A stretch of DNA of 64,000 nt from Gallionella sp. (GCA_035702405.1 DASSQR010000096.1:2037-66036); one strand, 5' to 3'; positions 53,389 through 63,489 are shown, numbered from the stretch's first letter. The notes: a model not told the origin generated them from the sequence alone. Numbers and translations are program-made.

Positions 53389-54591
53389 ATGTTTGCTGAT
53401 CGAGTGTTGTCGGGAATGCGTCCCACCGGAAATTTGCATCTGGGGCATTACCATGGCGTGTTGAAAAACTGGGTGCGGATGCAGCACGAGTACGAATGCC
53501 TGTTCTTCGTGGCCGACTGGCACGCGCTGACCACGCACTACGATACTCCCGAAGTCATCGAACAAAGCGTCTGGGACATGGTGATCGACTGGCTTGCCGC
53601 CGGGGTTGATCCGGCTCACGCGACCCTGTTTATTCAATCGAAGGTGCCGGAGCACGCCGAGCTGCATCTGCTGCTGTCGATGATCACGCCCTTGGGCTGG
53701 CTGGAGCGGGTGCCCACCTACAAGGATCAGCAGGAGAAACTGACCGAGAAGGACTTGAGCACTTACGGATTTCTCGGCTATCCGCTGCTGCAGAGCGCGG
53801 ACATCCTGATCTATCGTGCTACCCAAGTGCCTGTCGGCGAGGATCAGGTACCGCACATCGAATTCACCCGCGAGATTGCGCGCCGCTTCAATCACCTGTA
53901 CGGCCGCGAGCCCGGCTTCGAGGAAAAGGCCCTGGCCGCAGTGAAGAAGCTCGGCAGCAAGAAGGCCCGGCTGTATGCAGAACTGCGTACACGATTTCAG
54001 GAACAGGGCGATGACGAAGCGCTGGAATCCGCCAAGGCGCTGCTTGATGAACAGCAGAACCTGAGCCTGGGTGACCGCGAGCGTCTGTTCGGCTACCTCG
54101 AAGGCACCGGCAAGATGATTTTGTCAGAGCCGCAATCGATGCTGACCGCGGCCTCGCGGATGCCGGGGCTGGATGGTCAGAAGATGTCGAAGTCGTATCA
54201 CAACGTGATAACGCTGCGCGAAGACGAAACCAGCCTGGGCAAGAAGGTCCGCACCATGCCAACCGATCCGGCACGCATTCGTCGCAGTGACCCCGGCACG
54301 CCCGAGAAATGCCCGGTCTGGCCCCTGCATCTGGTGTATTCCAGCGACGACACCCGGCAATGGGTGCAGCGCGGCTGCACCACGGCGGGCATCGGCTGTA
54401 TCGAATGCAAGCAGCCAGTCATCGATGCCATGCTGACCGAACTGCGCCCGATGCGGGAACGTGCGCAACTGTACCTGGACGACCCGGCGCTGGTGCGCAA
54501 CATCATCGCGGACGGCTGTGAAAAGGCACGCAAGCTGGCGAGCGAAACGATGCGCGACGTGCGCGAGGCGATGGGGCTGAGTTACTCGTAA
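53389..54591 (+). CDS. trpS: Tryptophan--tRNA ligase
   Basis: SGMRPTGNLHLGH (HIGH-like), YPLLQSADIL, VPVGEDQ, KMSKS. Confidence 0.97.
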   Translation: MFADRVLSGMRPTGNLHLGHYHGVLKNWVRMQHEYECLFFVADWHALTTHYDTPEVIEQSVWDMVIDWLAAGVDPAHATLFIQSKVPEHAELHLLLSMITPLGWLERVPTYKDQQEKLTEKDLSTYGFLGYPLLQSADILIYRATQVPVGEDQVPHIEFTREIARRFNHLYGREPGFEEKALAAVKKLGSKKARLYAELRTRFQEQGDDEALESAKALLDEQQNLSLGDRERLFGYLEGTGKMILSEPQSMLTAASRMPGLDGQKMSKSYHNVITLREDETSLGKKVRTMPTDPARIRRSDPGTPEKCPVWPLHLVYSSDDTRQWVQRGCTTAGIGCIECKQPVIDAMLTELRPMRERAQLYLDDPALVRNIIADGCEKARKLASETMRDVREAMGLSYS

Positions 54592-54597
54592 ACGGCA

Positions 54598-54743
54598 TAG
54601 TGGGTGTTGAAAAGCGTCGCGAGCGATGACAGAACAAGGCGCGAAAGGGCGAAAAAGCGGAGTTTACACGAGAGTAAATGAGCATTTTGAGCCCTTGAGC
54701 AACGCCGTTATGTCGAGCGCAGTAGTTTTTCAGCATCCCATTA
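54598..54743. mobile_element. MITE-like element with TGTTGAAAA-type termini and ERIC-like core
   Basis: TAGTGGGTGTTGAAAAGCGTCGCGAG...CAAGGCGC...GAGTTTAC-ACGAGA-GTAAATGAGC...GCAACGCCG...CGCAGTAGTTTTTCAGCATCCCATTA; collinear with the reverse complement of 57363-57509. Confidence 0.75.
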
Positions 54744-54762
54744 GGCATATAAGGAGAAGTGG

Positions 54763-55017
54763 GTGCTTCACTATCTGGTTACAACATTCCGTACTCCCGA
54801 ATTTCAGCCATCTGTCATCGATGAGCACTATGCATTCCTTGATCATTTGAGACAACAGGGGAAGCTCGAACTGGCGGGGCCGTTTACGGATAAGTCCGGT
54901 GGGGCTTACTTGCTTAAGGCTGCGAATCTGGAAGAGGCGAAAGCATTGGCTTTCAGCGACCCGGTGCATATAACGAAATCTTCGATCGTTACGGTTTACG
55001 AATGGAATGCAAAGTGA
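54763..55017 (+). CDS. YciI family protein
   Basis: GTG start after AAGGAG; HYAFLD.L...GKLELAGPF..KSGG, DP. More AT-rich than neighbours. Confidence 0.8.
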   Translation: MLHYLVTTFRTPEFQPSVIDEHYAFLDHLRQQGKLELAGPFTDKSGGAYLLKAANLEEAKALAFSDPVHITKSSIVTVYEWNAK

Positions 55018-55060
55018 CCAGATTGCATGACTCTGTGTTCAAGCGTGTCCTCTTGGCTCC

Positions 55061-55870
55061 ATGATGAACGACACCCAAGTTCAACCTGTTGCCTATGCGC
55101 GCATTCACGGCGAGCCGCTGCTTGAACTGCCGCAGGACTTGTATATTCCGCCGGATGCGCTCGAACTCGTTCTGGAGAATTTCCAGGGGCCACTGGATTT
55201 ATTGCTGTACCTGATTCGCCGGCACAATCTCGACGTGCTCGACATTCCGATGGCGGAACTGACCCGCCAGTACATGGGCTATATCGAGATGATGCAGCAG
55301 CATCGGCTGGAGCTGGCGGCGGAATATCTGCTGATGGCGGCGGTGCTGATCGAGATCAAATCGCGCATGCTGCTGCCGCGTCTGCCAAAAGTCAGCGAAG
55401 AAGAGGGCGCCGACCCGCGTGCCGAGTTGATGCGCCGTCTGCTCGAATACGAACAGATGAAGCTGGCCGCGCAGAAACTCAACGAACTGCCGCAGGCCGG
55501 ACGCGATTTCGAGATCGTGCAGGTGCTGATCGAACGCACCGTGCAGGAACGCCTGCCACAGGTCGGCGTGGAAGACTTGCGCCAGGCCTGGCTGAGCCTC
55601 CTGGCGCGCGCGCGGCTGAACAAGCACCACAAGGTGCGGCGCGAACAGCTGTCGGTGCGCGAGCAGATGACGCATGTGCTGCGCTGCCTGCAGGGTGGTG
55701 AATACGTTCCTTTCGAACAGCTGTTTGACCTGGACGATGGGGTGCCGAAGCTGGTGGTCACTTTCATTGCCATTCTCGAACTGGCCAAGGAATACCTGGT
55801 GGAAATCCAGCAAAGCGAAACATTGGGGAATATCTATGTCCGGACTAGCCGAGCCATTACCGCTGAGTGA
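55061..55870 (+). CDS. scpA: Segregation and condensation protein A
   Basis: [49 protein letters not shown]. Confidence 0.95.
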   Translation: MMNDTQVQPVAYARIHGEPLLELPQDLYIPPDALELVLENFQGPLDLLLYLIRRHNLDVLDIPMAELTRQYMGYIEMMQQHRLELAAEYLLMAAVLIEIKSRMLLPRLPKVSEEEGADPRAELMRRLLEYEQMKLAAQKLNELPQAGRDFEIVQVLIERTVQERLPQVGVEDLRQAWLSLLARARLNKHHKVRREQLSVREQMTHVLRCLQGGEYVPFEQLFDLDDGVPKLVVTFIAILELAKEYLVEIQQSETLGNIYVRTSRAITAE

Positions 55871-56555
55871 GGTTGATTCAGCCGCTGCCGATTCTCTTGC
55901 GCCCGTTTGCGCAGAGCCGTCCAACGACAGCCTTGAGGTGCTTGCGCAACCAGCGATGACGGGTGGCGGGGAACTGGCGGTCACGGATTTGTTCGCAAGA
56001 GAACTGAATACCGCGGAATTCAAGCGCGTGCTGGAAACCGCGCTGCTGACCACCGCCGAACCGTTGCCGCTGAACGAGCTGAAGCGACTCAGCGACGTGC
56101 CGTTGGATAATCGCCAGTTGGAAACCTTGCTGGAAGAGCTGGCGCGGGAGTGGCAGGGCCGTGGCGTCGAGCTGGCGCGCGTGGCAAGCGGCTGGCGTTT
56201 CCGCGCCCGGCCGGAAATGCAGACGTATCTCGATCGGCTCAATCCCCAAAAGCCGCCGCGCTACTCGCGCGCGGTGCTCGAAACGCTGGCGATCATCGCC
56301 TACCGCCAGCCTGTCACGCGCGGGGACATCGAAGAGATTCGTGGCGTGGCGGTATCTTCACAAATCCTCAAGACGCTGGAAGCGCGCGGGTGGGTGGAAG
56401 TGGTCGGCACGCGCGAAGCACCCGGAAAACCGGAACTTTTTGCGACCACCAAACAAATGCTCGATGACTTGAATCTGCGTGCGTTGAATGAGTTGCCGCC
56501 ACTGGAAGAAATCGGCGCGTTGTTGGACCAGGAATCTGGCGACGGTACGGCTTAA
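55836..56555 (+). CDS. scpB: Segregation and condensation protein B
   Basis: [47 protein letters not shown]. Confidence 0.95.
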   Translation: MSGLAEPLPLSEVDSAAADSLAPVCAEPSNDSLEVLAQPAMTGGGELAVTDLFARELNTAEFKRVLETALLTTAEPLPLNELKRLSDVPLDNRQLETLLEELAREWQGRGVELARVASGWRFRARPEMQTYLDRLNPQKPPRYSRAVLETLAIIAYRQPVTRGDIEEIRGVAVSSQILKTLEARGWVEVVGTREAPGKPELFATTKQMLDDLNLRALNELPPLEEIGALLDQESGDGTA

Positions 56556-56588
56556 GACGCACAATTGGGCGCCCCTATACACCATTAG

Positions 56589-57365
56589 ATGAAGTTCATT
56601 CAGTCACGCGACAATCCGTTTTACAAGGAACTCGTCAAGCTCAGCGGTTCGGCGCGCCAACGCAGCAAGGCCAACCAGACTTTGCTGGACGGCGCGCATT
56701 TGCTTGCGGCCTATCTTGACAGTGGTCACACCCCCCGCCACATTCTGCTGAACGCCGCTGCGTTGAGGAGTGATGAAGTTGCCGCGTTGCTTAAAAGGGC
56801 AGGCGGCATTCCGGTCACGCAACTGGATGAAAAGTTGTTTGCGGAACTGACCGAGCTGAAGACACCCACCGGAATTCTCACCCTGATCGATCTGCCGCAG
56901 GTTCAGCCGGTGATGGCACAAACCCGTTTCGCGCTGTTGCTGGAAGACATCCAGGATCCGGGTAATCTCGGTTCGATATTGCGCTCGGCCGCGGCCGCGG
57001 GATGCGATGCCGTATTCCTGTCGGCCGGCTGTGCCGACGCCTGGTCGCCGAAAGTGCTGCGAGCGGCGATGGGCGGGCATTTTGTGCTGCAGGTATACGA
57101 GCGGCAAGACTTGTTGCAGGTTGCGCAGGCTTTTCCCGGCAACCTGTTGGCGACCAGCCTGCAAGCGACGCACAGCCTGTACGAATGCGACCTGCGCGGC
57201 AAGCTGGCATTCCTGATTGGCAACGAAGGGGCGGGGCTGTCCGCCGAATTGCTGTCCCGGGCGACACGAAAAATTACCATCCCGATGCCCGGCAAAATCG
57301 AATCGCTGAATGCCGCGGCCGCGACCGCGATTTGTTTGTTCGAGGCGGTGCGGCAACGCCGCTAG
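56589..57365 (+). CDS. TrmH/SpoU family RNA methyltransferase
   Basis: LEDIQDPGNLGSILRSA, GNEGAG, IPMPG.IESLNAAAA. Confidence 0.93.
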   Translation: MKFIQSRDNPFYKELVKLSGSARQRSKANQTLLDGAHLLAAYLDSGHTPRHILLNAAALRSDEVAALLKRAGGIPVTQLDEKLFAELTELKTPTGILTLIDLPQVQPVMAQTRFALLLEDIQDPGNLGSILRSAAAAGCDAVFLSAGCADAWSPKVLRAAMGGHFVLQVYERQDLLQVAQAFPGNLLATSLQATHSLYECDLRGKLAFLIGNEGAGLSAELLSRATRKITIPMPGKIESLNAAAATAICLFEAVRQRR

Positions 57366-57509
57366 CAGGCCGTTGAAAAACTACTGCGGCAGCCATCTGC
57401 TGCGTTGCGTGGTACTCGCTTCCTCGTCTATCTACCAGATATGTCTCGTCGCTCCGTTCCGTGCGCCTTGCAGCTGGCTGTCCTCGCTACGTTTTTCAAC
57501 AGCCTGCCA
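57363..57509. mobile_element. MITE-like element with CAGGCYGTTGAAAAAC terminal inverted repeats and ERIC-like core
   Basis: TAGCAGGCCGTTGAAAAAC ... GTTTTTCAACAGCCTGCCA; the left end coincides with the TAG stop of the TrmH gene. Confidence 0.82.
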
Positions 57510-57615
57510 AGCTGGTGCTGTCCTTGTTTGAGCCTGCAAAAAACTGCGGACAGCCGCACCGTTCGGGGATAGAATGCCCATGACCTGAGTAGAAATCCAT
57601 CTCTTGGAGGATACC

Positions 57616-60393
57616 GTGAGCGACTCAAGTAAAGCCAGGAAACAGGTTTTTGCGTTTGAAGAAGGTGACGGGAAAAACAAGAAACTGCTCGGCGGCAAAG
57701 GTGCCAACCTTTGTGAGATGACGCAGATCGGGCTGAATGTGCCGCCCGGTTTTGTCATCAGCACGGAAGCCTGCCTCGATTTTCTCGCCGCGCGACACGA
57801 TGGCCTGCCGAAAGATCTGCTCGATCAGATTCACGCCCAGATGAAGGCGCTTGAGCTGAAAACCGGCAAACGTTTCGGCGATGCCCATGACCCGTTGCTG
57901 GTGTCGGTGCGTTCCGGTTCGGCGATGTCGATGCCGGGCATGATGGACACCATCCTCAATCTCGGCCTGAACAGCCAGACCCTGGCCGGCCTGATCGAAC
58001 AGACTGGCGATCCCCGCTTCGGCTATGACACCTATCGCCGTTTTATTCAGCTGTTCGGCAAAATTGCCCTCGGGGTGCCCGAGGAGCGTTTCAATGAAGC
58101 CCTGAACGCCGTCAAGCAGAAACGCGGCATCAAGGAAGACCTCGCGCTCACGACCGACGACCTCAAGGAGGTGTGCGAGCGCTTCCTGCGCGTGGTGCAG
58201 GAGCAGACCGGCAAGCCGTTTCCGGAAGACCCGTACGAACAGCTCGACCTGTCGGTCAAGGCGGTATTCGGATCGTGGATGGGCAAGCGCGCGGTCGATT
58301 ACCGCCGCGAATTCCGCATCACGCCGGAGATGGCCAACGGCACGGCGGTGAGTATTTGCACCATGGTGTTCGGCAATCGCGGCGATGATTCCGCCACCGG
58401 CGTCGGTTTCACGCGCAATCCCGCTACGGGCGAAAACCTGCTGTATGGCGAATACCTGGTCAATGCGCAGGGCGAGGATGTGGTCGCGGGTATCCGTACG
58501 CCCAAGCCGGTCGACTACATGGAAAAGGAAATGCCCAGCCTGTACCGGCAGCTGCAGGAGTTGCGGCACAAGCTGGAAAACCACTACCACGAAGTACAGG
58601 ATTTCGAGTTCACCATCGAGAAAAACACGCTGTACTGTTTACAGACGCGCAACGGCAAGATGAATACCACCGCGATGGTGCGCACCTCGATAGAGATGGA
58701 AAAGGAGGGCCTGATTTCGCGCAAGCAGGCCTTGCTGCGCATCGCTCCGGAAAGCCTGGTGCAGATGCTCTATCCGCGGCTCGATCCTAAGGCCAGTGCG
58801 GAACCGCTGGCCAAGGGGCTGCCGGCATCGCCGGGTGCGGCCTCCGGTCATGCAATTTTTGATGCCGACCGCGCCGAAGAGCAGGGCAAGGCCGGCAAGT
58901 CCGTCATTCTGGTGCGCGAAGAGACCAAACCGGAAGATATCCACGGGTTCTTTGCGTCGCGCGCCATTCTGACCAGCCGCGGCGGCAAGACCTCGCATGC
59001 GGCCGTGGTTGCGCGCGGGATGGGCAAGCCTTGTGTGGCAGGTGCCGAGGGGATCGAGGTCAACGTGACGCTCCGCCAGGCAACAATCGGCGAGACGGTG
59101 ATTCACGAAGGCGACATCATCACCGTCGATGGTACCTCGGGCGGGGTCTATCTGGGCATGGTGCCGACCATCGAGGCCGAAATCACCCAGGAGCTGCATA
59201 CGCTGCTGGATTGGGCCGACAACGAGGCAAAACTGGCCGTGATGGCCAACGCCGACACGCCCGAGGACGCAAAACGCGCGTTGCAGTATGGCGCCAAGGG
59301 AATCGGATTGTGCCGGACCGAACGCATGTTCAATGCGATGGATCGCCTGCCCATCGTGCTGGAAATGATCATCGCCGACGATCTGGAGCAGCGGCAGAAG
59401 GCGCTCGACCGCCTGTTACCCATCCAGCGTTCGGATTTCAAGAGCCTGCTGCAAACCATGGCGGGCCTGCCGGTGACGATTCGCCTGCTCGACCCGCCGA
59501 TCCACGAATTTCTGCCGTCGGAGCGGCAGCTGATCCGGGAGCTCGACGAACTGCAGCATCTGTACAAGACGGTCAGCGGCATGGAAATCCTGGACAACAC
59601 GCTGGCGATCCTGTCCGATGCCGTGCTGACACCCGAGGCGGTCAATCTGGTCAGGCAGAACACGTTCAACCTGCATATCGTCGAGCTGGCGATCAGTAAA
59701 AAACAGACGATCCTGAAGAAAGTGCGGGCATTGCAGGAGGTCAACCCGATGCTCGGGCATCGCGGCGTGCGGCTCGGCGTCACGTTCCCGGAAATCTATA
59801 TCATGCAGATTCGCGCGCTGGCCGAGGCCACCGCCGAATGCATCAAGGAAGGCCTGGACGTGCGTCCCGAAATCATGGTGCCTCAGGTCTGTACCTCGGC
59901 GGAACTGCGCTTCGTCAAACGCTATTTGGACAAGACCGTGGCAGAGGTCGAACAGAGCCGCGGCGTCAAACTGAACCTGAAGTTTGGCACCATGATCGAG
60001 GTGGTTCGCGCCTGCATGCGGGCGGACAGCTTTGCCCAGGAAGTTGAATTCTTCTCGTTCGGCACGAATGACCTGACACAGGCGACCTTCTCGTTTTCAC
60101 GCGAAGACGCCGAAAACAAGTTCCTGCCGGACTATAACGAAAAGGACGTGCTGCATGACAATCCCTTCGAGATGCTCGATATTCAGGGCGTCGGCCGCCT
60201 GATGAAACTGGCGATTGAAGGCGGCCGCAGCGTCCGGCCGGAACTGAAAGTCGGCATTTGCGGCGAGCATGGCGGGCATCCGCGTTCGGTCATTTTCTGC
60301 CACCAGATCGGGCTGAATTACGTATCGTGTTCGGCGCCGCGCGTGCCGATCGCCCGGCTGGCCGCAGCTCACGCCAAACTGAGCGAAAGCTGA
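57616..60393 (+). CDS. ppdK: Pyruvate, phosphate dikinase
   Basis: LGGKGANL, VSVRSG..SMPGMMDTILNLG, phospho-His GGKTSHAAVVARG, GLCRTE.MF, GICGEHGG. GTG start after GGAGG. Confidence 0.96.
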   Translation: MSDSSKARKQVFAFEEGDGKNKKLLGGKGANLCEMTQIGLNVPPGFVISTEACLDFLAARHDGLPKDLLDQIHAQMKALELKTGKRFGDAHDPLLVSVRSGSAMSMPGMMDTILNLGLNSQTLAGLIEQTGDPRFGYDTYRRFIQLFGKIALGVPEERFNEALNAVKQKRGIKEDLALTTDDLKEVCERFLRVVQEQTGKPFPEDPYEQLDLSVKAVFGSWMGKRAVDYRREFRITPEMANGTAVSICTMVFGNRGDDSATGVGFTRNPATGENLLYGEYLVNAQGEDVVAGIRTPKPVDYMEKEMPSLYRQLQELRHKLENHYHEVQDFEFTIEKNTLYCLQTRNGKMNTTAMVRTSIEMEKEGLISRKQALLRIAPESLVQMLYPRLDPKASAEPLAKGLPASPGAASGHAIFDADRAEEQGKAGKSVILVREETKPEDIHGFFASRAILTSRGGKTSHAAVVARGMGKPCVAGAEGIEVNVTLRQATIGETVIHEGDIITVDGTSGGVYLGMVPTIEAEITQELHTLLDWADNEAKLAVMANADTPEDAKRALQYGAKGIGLCRTERMFNAMDRLPIVLEMIIADDLEQRQKALDRLLPIQRSDFKSLLQTMAGLPVTIRLLDPPIHEFLPSERQLIRELDELQHLYKTVSGMEILDNTLAILSDAVLTPEAVNLVRQNTFNLHIVELAISKKQTILKKVRALQEVNPMLGHRGVRLGVTFPEIYIMQIRALAEATAECIKEGLDVRPEIMVPQVCTSAELRFVKRYLDKTVAEVEQSRGVKLNLKFGTMIEVVRACMRADSFAQEVEFFSFGTNDLTQATFSFSREDAENKFLPDYNEKDVLHDNPFEMLDIQGVGRLMKLAIEGGRSVRPELKVGICGEHGGHPRSVIFCHQIGLNYVSCSAPRVPIARLAAAHAKLSES

Positions 60394-60462
60394 GTTTCGC
60401 CTGCCATCAACGGCTTCGACGCGCGCCGGCGTGGTTGTGCGCCCAAGTGCGCGTTAAAGTCC

Positions 60463-60496
60463 TTGACCAATAAGTCAATTTCGCTATAATGCGCGC
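60463..60496 (+). promoter_or_regulatory. Putative sigma70 promoter of the rpsF operon
   Basis: TTGACC-16 nt-TATAAT followed by the GCGCGC discriminator. Confidence 0.65.
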
Positions 60497-60578
60497 CCCT
60501 GTAGAACCGATGGTCGGTTCTCGACCTTGCTCCACCGCTACGCATGGCGGGGGGCGTTAACAACCACAAGGAGTTTTA

Positions 60579-60956
60579 ATGCGCCATTACGAAATCGTAT
60601 TTATCGTGCATCCCGATCAAAGCGAGCAAGTGCCTGCAATGATCGAGCGTTATCGCACTCTGGTAACTTCCCAAAGCGGTCAGATCCACCGTCTGGAAGA
60701 CTGGGGTCGCCGCCAGCTGGCTTACCCGATCCAGAAGATCCACAAGGCACACTATGTGCTGATGAATATCGAATGCAACCAGGAAACACTGGACGAGCTG
60801 GAACATGCGTTCCGCTTCAATGACGCGGTGCTGCGCCATCTGACGGTCAAGACCAAGGCTGCTGTCACCGAGCCGTCGGCAATGATGAAGGAAGAAAAAT
60901 CCCGTTCCGTGCCGACTGAAAGTGCCGCACCTGCCGCAGAAGCGGCTGCTGCCTGA
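60579..60956 (+). CDS. rpsF: 30S ribosomal protein S6
   Basis: [36 protein letters not shown]. Confidence 0.98.
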   Translation: MRHYEIVFIVHPDQSEQVPAMIERYRTLVTSQSGQIHRLEDWGRRQLAYPIQKIHKAHYVLMNIECNQETLDELEHAFRFNDAVLRHLTVKTKAAVTEPSAMMKEEKSRSVPTESAAPAAEAAAA

Positions 60957-61033
60957 TCATTGACGCATCGCCGGATCGCGTGGCTCTCGCTATCGCAACC
61001 GGTTTGCATTAAACGATATTTATTTTGGAATAA
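60957..61033 (+). pseudogene. Possible eroded priB remnant at the usual priB position
   Basis: Only 86 nt lie between rpsF and rpsR. TTGCAT-TAAACGATATTTATTTTGGAATAA loosely reads LH-N-DI-F-LE-stop with frameshifts. Weak. Confidence 0.3.
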
Positions 61034-61042
61034 GGAAACATC

Positions 61043-61318
61043 ATGGCTCGTCCATCAGACAAAAAGAAAGATGACAAGAACAAGCGTTCTTCCCGCAACA
61101 ATCTGTTCAAGCGCCGCAAGTTCTGCCGCTTCACTGCCGAGAAGATCGCCGAAGTGGATTACAAGGATATCAATATCCTCAAGGAGTTCATCTCCGAAAA
61201 TGGCAAGCTGATTCCGGCTCGCATTACCGGCACCAAGGCGCGCTATCAGCGCCAATTGAGCGTTGCCGTGAAGCGTGCGCGTTTCCTGGCTTTGCTGCCA
61301 TACACTGATTTGCACTAA
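61043..61318 (+). CDS. rpsR: 30S ribosomal protein S18
   Basis: [35 protein letters not shown]. Confidence 0.98.
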   Translation: MARPSDKKKDDKNKRSSRNNLFKRRKFCRFTAEKIAEVDYKDINILKEFISENGKLIPARITGTKARYQRQLSVAVKRARFLALLPYTDLH

Positions 61319-61329
61319 GGAGTGAAGTC

Positions 61330-61779
61330 ATGCAAGTAATTTTGATGGAAAAAGTGACTAACGTCGGTCAACTGGGTGACGTGGTCAAGGTCAAGAACGG
61401 CTACGCCCGCAATTTCCTGATCCCGCAAGGCAAGGCCAAGCGTGCTACAGCTGCCAATATGGCGGAATTCGAAGCGCGTCGCGTCGAGATCGAGGCAGCG
61501 GACAAGGCCAAGCTGGCTGACGCTCAGGCGCGTGGCGAGAAGCTCGCTGGCGTGACCGTGCAGATCGTGCAAAAAGCGGGCGTGGACGGCAAGCTGTTCG
61601 GCTCCGTCAACAATGCCGACATCGCTGCTGCGCTGTTGGCTCAGGGCTTCGAGGTGGAAAAGGCACAAGTGCGTATGCCGACAGGTCATCTCAAGCAAAT
61701 CGGCGATTATCCGGTCAGCATTGCGCTGCATACCGATGTGGTGGTGGATATTACCGTTTCGGTGCTTGGCGAACAGTAA
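61330..61779 (+). CDS. rplI: 50S ribosomal protein L9
   Basis: [29 protein letters not shown]. Confidence 0.98.
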   Translation: MQVILMEKVTNVGQLGDVVKVKNGYARNFLIPQGKAKRATAANMAEFEARRVEIEAADKAKLADAQARGEKLAGVTVQIVQKAGVDGKLFGSVNNADIAAALLAQGFEVEKAQVRMPTGHLKQIGDYPVSIALHTDVVVDITVSVLGEQ

Positions 61780-61803
61780 TTCGCACGGTATTCACACAAA
61801 CAG

Positions 61804-61829
61804 AAAAGGACTGGAGACAGTCCTTTTTT
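61804..61829 (+). terminator. Rho-independent terminator
   Basis: AAAAGGACTG-GAGA-CAGTCCTTTTTT after rplI. Confidence 0.85.
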
Positions 61830-61900
61830 GTTTTCTATCTCTGGTTTGTGTGACAAGGTAAAATGCCAGTCCCAGCTCTGTTTTTATTCTGATTTAATCC

Positions 61901-63283
61901 ATGCAAAACTTTCCTGTTCAGGATGCACAAATCGACCAGATCAAATTGCCGCCTCATTCGGTCGAGGCAGAACAGTCGGTGCTTGGTGGTTTGCTGCTCG
62001 AATCCAGCGCGTTGGACAAAGTTGGCGACCTGATCACTGAGGAAGATTTTTATCGTCAGGAACATCGGCTGATTTACCGGCAAATTGTGCGGCTGAGCGA
62101 ACAGGCCAAACCGGTGGATGTGATTACCGTCGCGGAAGCGCTGGAAATTGCCGGTGAGCTGGAAAGGGTGGGCGGTTTGCCCTATCTGGGCAGCCTCGCG
62201 CAGAACGTGCCGTCTGCCGCGAATATCCGGCGCTATGGCGAAATCGTGCGCGAGCGCTCCATCATGCGCAAGCTGGTGGAGGTGGGCTCGGATATCGCCG
62301 GCAGCGCCTACAATCCGGCGGGGCGAGATGCCGCGCAGCTGCTCGACGAGGCGGAAAGCAAAGTGTTCGAGATTGCCGAGGCGGGTTCGAGGGGTAAGCA
62401 GGGATTCTTCCCGATGCCACCGCTGCTGACGCAGGTGGTGGAGCGCATCGAGACCCTTTACAGCCGCGATAATCACAGCGACGTGACCGGTGTTGCCACG
62501 GGTTTTACCGATCTGGATCGCATGACCTCCGGGCTTCAGCCAGGGGATTTGATCATCGTGGCCGGGCGTCCCAGTATGGGCAAGACGGCATTCTCCATCA
62601 ATATCGCCGAAAATATTGCGCTGGACAGCAACAAGCCGGTGGCGATTTTCAGTATGGAAATGGGAGCCGCCCAGCTGGCGATGCGTATGCTGGGCTCGGT
62701 CGGCAAACTCAACCAGCATGATCTGCGTACGGGGCGGCTGCAGGATGACGATTGGGGGCGATTGACCCATGCGTTGGGCAGGCTTAATGACGCGCCGATC
62801 TATATCGACGAGAGTGCTGCGCTGTCGGCCCTTGAGCTCCGCGCCCGGTCGCGCCGTCTGCATCGTCAGAACAATGGGCTCGGGCTGATCGTGGTGGATT
62901 ACCTGCAGCTGATGAGTTCCAATGCGGGCAAGAATAGCGAAAATCGCGCCACCGAAATTTCGGAAATGTCGCGCTCCCTGAAGGCGCTGGCCAAGGAATT
63001 GCACGTGCCGCTGATTGCGCTTTCGCAGCTGAATCGCAGCCTGGAGCAGCGCCCCAACAAGCGGCCGGTGATGTCGGACCTGCGGGAATCCGGCGCCATC
63101 GAGCAGGACGCCGACCTGATTCTGTTCATCTATCGCGATGAGGTGTACAACAGCGATTCGCCCGATAAAGGCAAGGCGGAAATCATCATCGGCAAACAGC
63201 GTAACGGCCCGATCGGCAAAGTCGAGCTGGCTTTTCGCGGCGAGTACACCCGTTTCGAAAATCTGGCCATGGGCGGCTATTGA
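61901..63283 (+). CDS. dnaB: Replicative DNA helicase
   Basis: PPHSVEAEQSVLG, AGRPSMGKT, FSMEM, VVDYLQL, LSQLNR, SDLRESGAIEQDAD, KQRNGP. No intein evident (460 aa). Confidence 0.98.
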   Translation: MQNFPVQDAQIDQIKLPPHSVEAEQSVLGGLLLESSALDKVGDLITEEDFYRQEHRLIYRQIVRLSEQAKPVDVITVAEALEIAGELERVGGLPYLGSLAQNVPSAANIRRYGEIVRERSIMRKLVEVGSDIAGSAYNPAGRDAAQLLDEAESKVFEIAEAGSRGKQGFFPMPPLLTQVVERIETLYSRDNHSDVTGVATGFTDLDRMTSGLQPGDLIIVAGRPSMGKTAFSINIAENIALDSNKPVAIFSMEMGAAQLAMRMLGSVGKLNQHDLRTGRLQDDDWGRLTHALGRLNDAPIYIDESAALSALELRARSRRLHRQNNGLGLIVVDYLQLMSSNAGKNSENRATEISEMSRSLKALAKELHVPLIALSQLNRSLEQRPNKRPVMSDLRESGAIEQDADLILFIYRDEVYNSDSPDKGKAEIIIGKQRNGPIGKVELAFRGEYTRFENLAMGGY

Positions 63284-63356
63284 TTTTGCAGAGCTTTTGT
63301 TTGATGTGCGATTCTGTTTGCGGAGCGCAGAGCTTTTGCATATAATGCTCGTCTTT

Positions 63357-63433
63357 AGGCGCGTAGCTCAGCTGGTTAGAGCACTACCTTGACATGGTAG
63401 GGGTCGTTGGTTCGAGTCCAATCGTGCCTACCA
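63357..63433 (+). tRNA. tRNA-Val (GAC)
   Basis: AGGCGCGTAGCTCAGCTGGTTAGAGC...TTGACAT...GGTTCGAGTCC...GCCTACCA. Confidence 0.95.
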
Positions 63434-63463
63434 ATTCGTTCCGGTCGCTGTGGCGGTCGTGAG

Positions 63464-63489
63464 AAAAAGCCGCGTCGAGCGGCTTTTTT
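63464..63489 (+). terminator. Rho-independent terminator
   Basis: AAAAAGCCGC-GTCGA-GCGGCTTTTTT after tRNA-Val. Confidence 0.8.

Noticed and set aside
53389-54591. TrpRS longer than the E. coli enzyme, with a mid-protein insertion
   Set aside because: To my knowledge this ~400-aa form is usual in Betaproteobacteria; no intein motifs.
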